This document shows, in pieces, positions 35,545 through 43,227 of a stretch of 64,000 nucleotides of DNA. A program made the position numbers and the translations under genes. Source of the stretch: Archaeoglobaceae archaeon (lineage in GTDB: Archaea; Halobacteriota; Archaeoglobi; Archaeoglobales; Archaeoglobaceae). A model generated the notes under the pieces. That model had not been told where the DNA came from, did not search any database, and was given only the letters and a program-made list of their open reading frames with translations. Each line of letters starts with the position of its first letter. Within the stretch, counting starts at the first letter, position 1. Location of the stretch: positions 58,151 to 122,150 of the forward strand of contig JAWODI010000081.1 in assembly GCA_046483365.1 (NCBI GenBank). Reading direction: 5' to 3'.

Positions 35545-36507
35545 TCAGTCTACCCACGTATAATATGCGTAAGCATCTCCTTCTATTGAATGAGACTCAT
35601 ATATAGGGCACGAACCCTGAGGCGCTTCCCACCATTCCGTATCCACTTGCTCATCCCACCATACTGAAAAATCTTGTACATGGAGTTTTGAGTTCTCGTG
35701 TTTTGCAATTCCTTCATCATCAGTATAAACTCCTGTATCTGACCATATTTCGTTCGCTTGATCTACATTATTTTCTTGGTGCCCAAGGTGGCCACTTCTT
35801 ACCCATTGACCGTCAATCCAAATGTCATATACGTATCCCCAGGCATCCACTTCATTTGAGACGTAAATTACGTAGCTTGTTTTAGAGGACGAATCTGTAG
35901 TTCCGTGGAATTTCCACTGGCCTTCATCATTATCATACGTAAAGTAGTTTATATCTGTGGGATTTCCGTCAACTAACCATCTGACGACGCCTGCTTCAGT
36001 CCAACAAGGTTCTCCAGCTACCTCTTTACCAACGTGTGTGGTGATCACATGCTGTGTCGTCTCATCTGGATCTAATAGCATCTCACTTGGTCTCATGTAA
36101 TTACCTATACCCCGATATACTTCGTTTTCAACTTCCATTACTTGGTTTGCTTGATCTGGAGACGGGACATGCGGAGGAGTTAGAGGCTTTAATTGTTTTA
36201 TTTCCTCATCACTTGGACAGTTACCTGCACATTTTCTCCAAGTTGCTCCTGTTTTTGGATCCCACCCAAATCCTTGATTATTTAGTTCTTTGGTAATCTC
36301 CTCTTTATTCTTTCCCTCACCCTTCATCCTCTTAATCAGTTTTTCTGCTGGGTTTTCAAAATTATTAAGCTCTTCTATATCTTTTTTATCAGGTAATGAT
36401 TTATTGTCTTTAGGTTGTCCACTATTCTCTAAGTTTGCCTTTGCTACTACACTTCCCACCATCACTAATACTAAAACCAGTGTTAAGATTAAGAACTTCT
36501 TTTTCAT
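35545..36507 (-). CDS. Secreted 320-aa protein, unknown function
   Basis: Start MKKKFLILTLVLVLVMVGSVVA (signal peptide). Lys/Glu-rich pro-like region, then a Trp/Tyr/Asp-rich C-domain (WTEAGVVRW, YFTYDNDEGQWKF, YDIWIDGQWV, ANEIWS). Driven by Motif B copy c. Confidence 0.5.
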   Translation of the reverse strand: MKKKFLILTLVLVLVMVGSVVAKANLENSGQPKDNKSLPDKKDIEELNNFENPAEKLIKRMKGEGKNKEEITKELNNQGFGWDPKTGATWRKCAGNCPSDEEIKQLKPLTPPHVPSPDQANQVMEVENEVYRGIGNYMRPSEMLLDPDETTQHVITTHVGKEVAGEPCWTEAGVVRWLVDGNPTDINYFTYDNDEGQWKFHGTTDSSSKTSYVIYVSNEVDAWGYVYDIWIDGQWVRSGHLGHQENNVDQANEIWSDTGVYTDDEGIAKHENSKLHVQDFSVWWDEQVDTEWWEAPQGSCPIYESHSIEGDAYAYYTWVD

Positions 36508-36557
36508 TATCTCACATCCTTTCATCTTAAGTCAGTATCCTAACCTATATAACCACC

Positions 36558-36593
36558 GATTTCGTTTGCTAAACGGCGAACGTTTCCGTAAAA
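36558..36593 (-). promoter_or_regulatory. Motif B copy c
   Basis: Gene-sense: TTTTACGGAAACGTTCGCCGTTTAGCAAACGAAATCGGTGGTTATATAGG. Confidence 0.55.
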
Positions 36594-36865
36594 CTTATAA
36601 CTGTAGCTCGAGAACTTCTTAAACCAATTAAATGATAAACTAGTTTATCAAAATAGAAAGAGTTATGTAAGCTGTTTTAACTAGATCAGAGAGAGGAAAT
36701 CAAAATCCATCACTGATGTCAAATAACACGCTCCATTGTTGTTTAATCCATTTATTTGATCTTGGTTTGTACTGCTAATTGTTGAAGTTGTGGCAGGACA
36801 AGGAGTGGCGGGTTTGGCCAGACTCATAAGAACTCTCAATCTTAAGATCTTTTCAAACCTCTTTT

Positions 36866-36915
36866 AAGCTTTACGGTGTTGTTCGCCAAAATCGAACGTT
36901 TTCATAAAGCTTAAA
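36866..36915 (+). promoter_or_regulatory. Motif B copy f
   Basis: AAGCTTTACGGTGTTGTTCGCCAAAATCGAACGTTTTCATAAAGCTT, with outer arms AAGCTTTA..TAAAGCTT as well; about 115 nt upstream of 37027. Confidence 0.55.
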
Positions 36916-37026
36916 AACTAAAAAATCAAACTGTAAAACAGAATGAAAGTAACCTGATCTTTAGTTTTCTTATTCATAATCCCGATTATATCCTAGAAAT
37001 TTTTCATATATTTCCGTTAATTTTTT

Positions 37027-37569
37027 ATGTTATTTGTTTATCCTTATACTGTGGGGACGGACATTGATTTATCACTGGACAATCGGATGTTTGAAGCTCT
37101 ATCTTCAGGTTTGAGGGTAGAGATATTGAAAAGACTTAAATCAAGGCAGATGACTGCAACAGAGATTTCGAAAGAGCTGGATGTTTCCAAATCTACTGCC
37201 ATCGAGCATTTAAGAAAGCTGGTGGAGGCTGAGCTGGTTATAAGGAGAGATGATGGGAGGAAGTGGATTTACTACAGTCTCTCTGATAGGGGAAAGACGA
37301 TTTTACATAAAAAAGAGTTAAGAGTGAAGATCTTATTTTCTTTTGCAACCATCTTAATGCTTTCTGGTGTGGTACAAATATATGCTTTCGTACAAAGGCT
37401 GTTCGAAAGATTATCGAAGGCTCCCATATTAGATGCTAAACACCCGCCAGAAGTTCCTTACTTATATATAGCTACCCACGATTTCCGGTTCTTGACTGGA
37501 GTAGCTCTTGTAATAGGAAGTATAACGGTATTCTACATAGCTATAAGAAAGTACAGATCCTATTTTTAA
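37027..37569 (+). CDS. Membrane-anchored ArsR-type winged-helix regulator (HTH + TM hairpin)
   Basis: LRVEILKRLKSRQMTATEISKELDVSKSTAIEHLRKLVEAELVIRRDDGRKWIYYSLSDRGK, then two TM helices. The start is uncertain (internal ATG at MFEALSS possible). Confidence 0.6.
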   Translation: MLFVYPYTVGTDIDLSLDNRMFEALSSGLRVEILKRLKSRQMTATEISKELDVSKSTAIEHLRKLVEAELVIRRDDGRKWIYYSLSDRGKTILHKKELRVKILFSFATILMLSGVVQIYAFVQRLFERLSKAPILDAKHPPEVPYLYIATHDFRFLTGVALVIGSITVFYIAIRKYRSYF

Positions 37570-37570
37570 T

Positions 37571-37595
37571 TGTTCGGGAAATCCGAACGATCTCG
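37571..37595 (+). promoter_or_regulatory. Motif B copy g (core palindrome only)
   Basis: TGTTCGGGAAATCCGAACGATCTCG, immediately after the regulator stop and 53 nt before the protease start. Confidence 0.5.
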
Positions 37596-37647
37596 TAATT
37601 ATTTTAACTTAAAAAGATAACCCAGTATCAAATCAGAGGAGGTGTTG

Positions 37648-39036
37648 ATTGTGTGGAGCAAGAGAGTGCTGTATCTGCTGGCCGTATGCATTTTTTTCTC
37701 TCTTACGTTTGTAGTGGGTTCGGCCTTCGGAGATGGCGAAAAAATTCTGATGGGTCCAGAAGAACTGGAGATTAACTGGACAGGCTACGATGGTAGAGTT
37801 ATAGACTACTATGTGCATGAGAATGGAGAGTGGATCGAAAAACAAAGACCTGACTTCTGGTATAAGCATTTAAAGTTAGAGAACCTAAAAGTCCATCACC
37901 CAAATTCGAATAACACCTACGGTAATGTTGCAGGTTCGGCAGTATCTTTGAAGGAAAGTGCGTCAATGAAGGTACCAAGTTATGGTGGATCGTTCATGGA
38001 CCCTGAAAGTGGTATTCTCTTCGTCTATGTTACCAATGAGGAAGATGGAAAAAAGATTCTGGAGATGGTTAACGGGACAAAAGTCGTCTTGCTTGAAGGA
38101 AAATATAGTTACGAACAGCTGGTAGACTGGGAAGATAAACTGCTTCATAAAATAGAGGCAGAAGAGAATAGTTCAATTGCATCACGATGGACCATGATGG
38201 CTCCAAGTGATAAACTGAATAAGATACGCATTGGTCTAAGCTCGGTCGATGATAAAGCTATTAATGAAATCGAGAGCATGCTCAAAGAATTAAATATCCC
38301 ACCTGATGCAGTAACTGTTGAAAAATTCGGCAAGATACAGTTAGATATAAGTCGTTCCGATCGCATAAGACCATTAATTGGAGGAATACAAATTGACAAC
38401 CCCAATTATGGTGGATCTGGAGAGGGCGATTGTACACTTGGTTTCATTGCAACAAGAAATGGTGTCTCCGGCTTCGTAACAGCAGGTCATTGTGGTAATG
38501 AAAATCATCCTATATACCAACCACTTTATACTGGCGATGATTATACTAATTTAGTGGGAGTTGTGACTGATGATCAGCAAGGTAGTAGATTCAGCGATTC
38601 AATGTGGGTCGAGATATATGATAGTTCGTATGATTTCGAAATATACAACCAGTATGACCCCTCAAACCATTATCCTGTTTTCAGTGAAATGCAATCGCAG
38701 AGTACAGGCATGTATGTGTGTCAAGGCGGATTCGAAACCGGTGAAGCCTGCGGTGAGATTGCTGAGGTTAACGTGGATGTAACCCACCCAGAGTACGGCA
38801 CACTATACGACCAGGTACTGGCAACCTATAATCGCGCTGGTGGCGATAGCGGAGCACCTATCTACCATGAACCCCTTGATAGTTGGGTCAGAGATTACTG
38901 TGTAGATACTTATGGTGTAACCTGCCAGGACATCTACGGTATTCACTTTGGATATAACGGTACTGTCAACCGTGCCATATATAGTCCAATAAGCGGAATA
39001 GAGACTGATCTTGGAGAACTTGACACAGATGGATGA
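37648..39036 (+). CDS. Secreted chymotrypsin-fold serine protease, S1E-type (alpha-lytic/streptogrisin-like) with N-terminal pro-domain
   Basis: GAGGAGGTG Shine-Dalgarno + GTG start, signal peptide. The pro-region (YGGSFMDPESGILFVYVTNEEDGKKILEMV...GKYSYEQLVDWEDKL...INEIESMLKELNIPPDAVTVEKFG) is homologous to the 23867..25018 repeats. Catalytic motifs CTLGF..VTAGHCG and GGDSGAPIY. Confidence 0.75.
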   Translation: MVWSKRVLYLLAVCIFFSLTFVVGSAFGDGEKILMGPEELEINWTGYDGRVIDYYVHENGEWIEKQRPDFWYKHLKLENLKVHHPNSNNTYGNVAGSAVSLKESASMKVPSYGGSFMDPESGILFVYVTNEEDGKKILEMVNGTKVVLLEGKYSYEQLVDWEDKLLHKIEAEENSSIASRWTMMAPSDKLNKIRIGLSSVDDKAINEIESMLKELNIPPDAVTVEKFGKIQLDISRSDRIRPLIGGIQIDNPNYGGSGEGDCTLGFIATRNGVSGFVTAGHCGNENHPIYQPLYTGDDYTNLVGVVTDDQQGSRFSDSMWVEIYDSSYDFEIYNQYDPSNHYPVFSEMQSQSTGMYVCQGGFETGEACGEIAEVNVDVTHPEYGTLYDQVLATYNRAGGDSGAPIYHEPLDSWVRDYCVDTYGVTCQDIYGIHFGYNGTVNRAIYSPISGIETDLGELDTDG

Positions 39037-39092
39037 CTAGAACATTGGGAAAAATCAAGTCTGATTATTTTTAGCCCGAGGTTTTAATGGCA

Positions 39093-39127
39093 AGTCCTTA
39101 TAAATAAGGACTCACCCCTCTTTTTTT
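39093..39127 (+). terminator. Hairpin plus T-run, duplicate of 33510-33542, preceded by a PepSY gene 3' remnant
   Basis: 39075-39104 GAGGTTTTAATGGCAAGTCCTTATAAATAA reproduces the last codons (EVLMASPYK*) of 32766..33524. AGTCCT..AGGACT stem then TTTTTTT. Confidence 0.55.
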
Positions 39128-39138
39128 AAGGTGGTAAG

Positions 39139-39777
39139 TTGAACAGAAAGCTCTACATAATTTTAGGTGCTCTGGCAATACTAATTGGGGTGGACATAGC
39201 TCTAATCCTCTATACGCCGACTCCCACTGGACCACCATCAACCATACCACAGCTCCACCCTCTGGAAGAGGTCAATGGGATAGGGGTTGGTGATATCGTA
39301 GTTGTGAATAGGAATGGTGTCTGGGAGCTCTCCTCAGTTCAGTACCCCGGAGGCGTATTGAAGGGAGAGGAGCTCAATGAAAGCTACAACTACCACCCCA
39401 ACATCACTATCCATAGAGATAGCAATACGATCTCCTTTGATATGGGAATTCTGGTGGAACACCTTAACCAGAGTGCAAAGAAGAACAGGGAACTGAAGAT
39501 AGTTGAGTGGACTTATTCAGGACGTGTTGTACTTGATGAAAGTGAGGTAAGAAAGAGCGCTCAGCTCAACCTCAGCCCCGGCCTCAACAACATCAGGTAC
39601 ACCACCACCATACCTGAATCGGATAACTGCACCACTAACAAGGTCATCGAGCTGAAAATCCAGGTGCTGGCAGAAAAAGAAAAAGAAGGAGAGGATGGTG
39701 AGATAGACTATGTCTACGATCAGACAAACGTAGGAACAATTGAGGGCCATAAATGCAATTTAACTAAGAAGAACTAA
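39139..39777 (+). CDS. ~210-aa N-terminally anchored extracytoplasmic protein, paralog of 33553..34173
   Basis: Same Shine-Dalgarno/TTG start and the same N-terminal 35 aa as 33553..34173. Confidence 0.55.
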   Translation: MNRKLYIILGALAILIGVDIALILYTPTPTGPPSTIPQLHPLEEVNGIGVGDIVVVNRNGVWELSSVQYPGGVLKGEELNESYNYHPNITIHRDSNTISFDMGILVEHLNQSAKKNRELKIVEWTYSGRVVLDESEVRKSAQLNLSPGLNNIRYTTTIPESDNCTTNKVIELKIQVLAEKEKEGEDGEIDYVYDQTNVGTIEGHKCNLTKKN

Positions 39778-39876
39778 CTCTTTTCCTTCAATCTTTCCTT
39801 CTTCTTGTTTGTCGGGTAAATTATTTATGAGAAGTAAAACAAAGTTAAGATAAGTTGTATCTTGGAATGGTGTCGT

Positions 39877-40044
39877 ATGTTTGATGTGGAGAAGAAGAGC
39901 AATGAGCTGGGAGTTCCCAAGGACGTTTATAATAAGCTGGAAGAGGACGCTAGGTCTGAGTTTCCAGATGATGATATGATGTTCGAGCTTCACCTCCTCA
40001 GGGCCTTGGAAACTTATTCCAAAAAAGTGAAAAGCTTGATTTAA
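39877..40044 (+). CDS. 55-aa acidic protein, candidate antitoxin of the adjacent PIN remnant
   Basis: MFDVEKKSNELGVPKDVYNKLEEDARSEFPDDDMMFELHLLRALETYSKKVKSLI. Ends 10 nt before the PIN start codon. Confidence 0.35.
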   Translation: MFDVEKKSNELGVPKDVYNKLEEDARSEFPDDDMMFELHLLRALETYSKKVKSLI

Positions 40045-40054
40045 ACTGTTGTTT

Positions 40055-40183
40055 ATGACCAAATCCACTTACCTTAATACTTCAGTTATTAGCGCATTAT
40101 TTGATGATAGAACTCAGGGAAGAAAGAAAATGACTGAGGGGTTCTGGATTGTTGATACAAAAGTTGAGCTCACTATGGCTTGA
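40055..40183 (+). pseudogene. PIN-domain (VapC-like) toxin, N-terminal 42 codons only
   Basis: MTKSTYLNTSVISALFDDRTQGRKKMTEGFW... = the canonical YLDTSV..alfD PIN start; premature TGA at 40181. Confidence 0.5.
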
Positions 40184-40202
40184 ATATGAGTTGAGATATG
40201 AG

Positions 40203-40457
40203 TTAACGTTTATACACCCTTTTTCTCCAATCAACCTTCAAAACCCGGACTTCATCACTTGTAACTGTATAAAGAACTCTAAAGTCTCCGACACGGATTC
40301 TGTATGTCTTATTTCTACCTTTAACTTTTTTGTAAGGCAAGCAAAATGGGTTGTCTGCAAGTAATCTGAGTTTCTCTTTTATTCTCTCTTCTGCAGCTTC
40401 TTCGAGGTTTTTAAGGAATTTCTCAGCCCTTTTACTGAGAAATACTTTATACTTCAT
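40203..40457 (-). CDS. relE: RelE/ParE-family toxin
   Basis: KTYRIRVGDFRVLYTVTSDEVRVLKVDWRKRVYKR, the typical RelE C-terminal pattern; 84 aa. Confidence 0.75.
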   Translation of the reverse strand: MKYKVFLSKRAEKFLKNLEEAAEERIKEKLRLLADNPFCLPYKKVKGRNKTYRIRVGDFRVLYTVTSDEVRVLKVDWRKRVYKR

Positions 40458-40627
40458 TCTAAAAGGGTTTTCTCTCCTCTCTCCATCTCTTCTTCTATCT
40501 CATCAAGCTCAGACAATTCCTCTCCTGAAAGCTCCTCAAATCCAAGAAAATTATCTATCTTACTGTTTATCAGCTTCAATTCTTTCTCAATTCGGAGCAG
40601 ATGATCAAGAATCGTTTGTTCCTGCAT
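40454..40627 (-). CDS. 57-aa acidic coiled-coil protein, candidate antitoxin (below the ORF-track cutoff)
   Basis: Hand translation MQEQTILDHLLRIEKELKLINSKIDNFLGFEELSGEELSELDEIEEEMERGEKTLLE. Its TGA overlaps the relE ATG (ATGA). Confidence 0.5.
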   Translation of the reverse strand: MQEQTILDHLLRIEKELKLINSKIDNFLGFEELSGEELSELDEIEEEMERGEKTLLE

Positions 40628-40895
40628 ATAGATATTATAGCTTAGAAGTTAAAAAAAGTTTTTGATGAATAGTCCGCAATTAATCTCACAAATAAGAGCT
40701 AAGATAATAAATCTATAATAAATCCGTCCCCGGCGACTCTGTTGTGAATAGAACCTTAAAGCTTCTTATAGATTGTTGTCATACAAATAAAATAATAGAA
40801 AATCGAATCGAACTACAAACCAATGCTAATATAACCATTCCTTTTTAACACTTATTCTCTCAGTCTCAAAAAGGTGGTTAGACCCTCTAAGATAG

Positions 40896-41507
40896 CTATT
40901 TAATGACTCCTCCAGCCTCCACCTCAACCCCTTCATTTGAGTAGATTCTTTGCTCAATCCACGGATATTTGTGCTCTACTGGTTGAGGCAAACGCAGAAC
41001 AAATTCAGTTTGAGAAAAAGACTCGATATAGGGTCCAGATGCACTTTTATTTTTGGCTTTCTCCTCGAAGCTCCAGCCAAACCCGTACGATTCGTGCCAG
41101 GAATCGACCTTATAGTCACCAGTCTCTGAGTTATAGCTCACCCTCTGGAAGTAACCCCACTGCTTTTGCCCCAACCTGTTCTCCCCATAAATGCCAGCCG
41201 TATAATTCGTTATACCTCCATTCGTGGCTTCAAGGTTAATTGTCTCGCTATCAACTACGGACATACATACGAGGTAGTATGAAACAAGAGCCAGAAGGAC
41301 CACTCCAGCTGCGACGGCCACAGTGGATAACTTCTTGACATTCCCCTTACCCGATTTTTTATAGATGTAGGTTCCGCCCAGTAACAGCCCTACACCTGCA
41401 CCCGGAGCTAAAACCGGAAAAACAAAACTCAAAACCAGGGCAATTAAAATAGTAAGACCGAGCCTCTTAAAATCGACTCGATTAATAGATTCTTTATCCT
41501 CAACCAT
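40896..41507 (-). CDS. Membrane-anchored protein with extracytoplasmic domain
   Basis: Two or three N-terminal TM helices; preceded by Cassette A copy 7. Confidence 0.45.
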   Translation of the reverse strand: MVEDKESINRVDFKRLGLTILIALVLSFVFPVLAPGAGVGLLLGGTYIYKKSGKGNVKKLSTVAVAAGVVLLALVSYYLVCMSVVDSETINLEATNGGITNYTAGIYGENRLGQKQWGYFQRVSYNSETGDYKVDSWHESYGFGWSFEEKAKNKSASGPYIESFSQTEFVLRLPQPVEHKYPWIEQRIYSNEGVEVEAGGVIK

Positions 41508-41593
41508 AGTCCTTCCCCCATTCTCATTTCAACCCTCATTAGTTCAGCCAAATTATATGTTAGTTATTCTTTTAGTAAGTTTTTATTAAACTA
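41508..41593 (-). promoter_or_regulatory. Cassette A copy 7
   Basis: Gene-sense: TTAATAAAAACTTACTAAAAGAATAACTAACATATAATTTGGCTGAACTAATGAGGGTTGAAATGAGAATGGGGGAAGGACT-ATG. Confidence 0.5.
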
Positions 41594-41635
41594 TTTGATG
41601 GCGGATTTTATCCCTTTTTTCTTTTAGGAAATTTC

Positions 41636-42394
41636 TTATGTGTAGATAATCCTAAGGTCTTCAACTTCACCCTTCTTGTTCAGGTAAAACCACATGTAGG
41701 CCACACTATCTTCCTTAACGGATTTGCCGTGGACGTAAAGCACTCTTCTGTTATCATTAAACGCTATCATCTTCTCTTCAACCTGTAACTTTGAACCCTC
41801 AAATTTGGTTTTGAATTCATTATCCATCATGGCAGTCTCAATTATCTTCTCATCTGTAAGGTTAGTAAGATTGAGATTAAGGTTGATGATATTTGTTTTA
41901 TTCTCCGGTTCCCAGGAATAATCTGGTAGTATTTCTTCAGGGATTTCATGTTCAGGTGTCCCATTAACAACTTCAAAAGTCTCTGATAAAGTAATAGAGG
42001 TTTCACTTCCTTTAACTCTAATCTCTTTACTGACCCTATACTTTCCCTCTTTTACTGGAAACAATTCTATGGATTGTTTGAAGTCGATGAAAGGGCCCCA
42101 TGGAGGTAATTCATATCCAATATCCTCCCAAACCGGTGGATACAGCCAACTACACTCTCTCCATGTATCGTTCAGAGAATACTCAATAGTATAATACTGT
42201 CCAAATTGTATGGTTCTCCCCACCAATAAAGGCTCGTTATTCTTGATGGTCAGTAACAGCTCATCCCCACTTGAATAATTCTCCTTGTTTAGGGTCAAAG
42301 TAAAGGAATCAACCATTAAAGTCCTGATACTTATCCCAGCAACAACCAATATGAGAACCAATAAAATCAATACCCATTTAGATCTTGAGGACAT
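41636..42394 (-). CDS. N-terminally anchored secreted protein
   Basis: TM anchor WVLILLVLILVVAGISI; beta-rich domain; several N-x-S/T sequons. Confidence 0.45.
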   Translation of the reverse strand: MSSRSKWVLILLVLILVVAGISIRTLMVDSFTLTLNKENYSSGDELLLTIKNNEPLLVGRTIQFGQYYTIEYSLNDTWRECSWLYPPVWEDIGYELPPWGPFIDFKQSIELFPVKEGKYRVSKEIRVKGSETSITLSETFEVVNGTPEHEIPEEILPDYSWEPENKTNIINLNLNLTNLTDEKIIETAMMDNEFKTKFEGSKLQVEEKMIAFNDNRRVLYVHGKSVKEDSVAYMWFYLNKKGEVEDLRIIYT

Positions 42395-42397
42395 ACA

Positions 42398-42592
42398 TTA
42401 TGTATTCCCAATTTTATTCTCCACTTCCTTAAGACCTACATAATTAATTAACTCTCTATAAGCTTTGTGAACCTCCTCTCTATTAGGATTTACTTTACAG
42501 GTTTTCTCATCTGTTGCTGTGACTGATGCTACTGCCAATGTGCTTCCCACTATCATTAAGACCAATAGCAATATCAAGACCCTCTTATTCAC
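42398..42592 (-). CDS. Short secreted peptide: signal peptide plus the first strand of an alpha-lytic-type pro-domain (probable truncated paralog)
   Basis: TAGGTGA Shine-Dalgarno + GTG gives MNKRVLILLLVLMIVGSTLAVASVTA. The C-terminal LINYVGLKEVENKIGNT aligns with DLVGLREVKGEIGDEV at the start of the 23867..25018 repeats. Confidence 0.4.
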   Translation of the reverse strand: MNKRVLILLLVLMIVGSTLAVASVTATDEKTCKVNPNREEVHKAYRELINYVGLKEVENKIGNT

Positions 42593-42649
42593 GTATTTCA
42601 CCTACAAATTTAACTTTAATTTCCATTAGAACAAATTCTCTATTTAGCA

Positions 42650-42707
42650 ATTCTGACCATTGCGTTAGAATATAAATTCATTTTAATTTTCAAGGCCCAT
42701 GGTCAGA
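42650..42707. promoter_or_regulatory. Motif C perfect inverted pair: TTCTGACCAT (42650-42659) and ATGGTCAGAA (42698-42707)
   Basis: Perfect 10-nt arms 38 nt apart, with GTTAGAATATAA between them as in the 17.2-kb copy. Confidence 0.55.
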
Positions 42708-42815
42708 AAACTTATTTATCATGAACCAAATAACCGATTAATAAGTTATTTAGAGAAGTATTAATGATTTTAGGTCTAAAAATCAGAAAAATATAATTTT
42801 TTATGTTCTAGTACC

Positions 42816-42825
42816 ATGGTCAGAA
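42816..42825 (+). promoter_or_regulatory. Motif C copy ATGGTCAGAA
   Basis: Exact decamer 34 nt upstream of the ATG at 42859. Confidence 0.45.
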
Positions 42826-42858
42826 ATCTTAATACCTTGCTATTTTTATATTACATCC

Positions 42859-43227
42859 ATGAAAATAGGTTGGCTTTGTTTGGTTGGATTGGCTGTTCTG
42901 TTGATGTCGGTGCCAGTCGGTGCAATAAATGTAGAGCCAGAAACAATCTATGACACCATAACGGAAGGAGAAACGGACTGGTTTAGTAGAGATATCTCAT
43001 CATCGACATTTGATGTTCATCTTGATTGGGGCGATACATCTGATAGCTTGACTCTGACAATTTATTCACCAGACGGTAGCTATCAAACATTTAGAGACAA
43101 AGATGATGGAAGGGTTGATGGACGGATAAGTTTAACAATATACGATGCGACGTACGGGTCATGGGACTTCAGGGTTCACGGCGAAGAAGTGAATGGAGTA
43201 GAGTACTACTCTTTTACTGTAGTTTAA
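42859..43227 (+). CDS. Secreted PPC-like (pre-peptidase C-terminal type) beta-sandwich protein
   Basis: Signal peptide. EGETDWFSRDI...FDVHLDWGDTSDSLTLTIYSPDGS resembles the PPC pattern (..w..f.v......l.v.L......DlDL.ly.p.G). Confidence 0.45.
   Translation: MKIGWLCLVGLAVLLMSVPVGAINVEPETIYDTITEGETDWFSRDISSSTFDVHLDWGDTSDSLTLTIYSPDGSYQTFRDKDDGRVDGRISLTIYDATYGSWDFRVHGEEVNGVEYYSFTVV

Noticed and set aside
9993-42825. Whether the recurring short motifs (Cassette A, Motif B, Motif C) could be a CRISPR array or MITEs
   Set aside because: The copies are irregularly spaced (kilobases apart), always sit in 5' intergenic positions with a fixed orientation relative to the downstream gene, and lack repeat-spacer periodicity. 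No cas genes are present.
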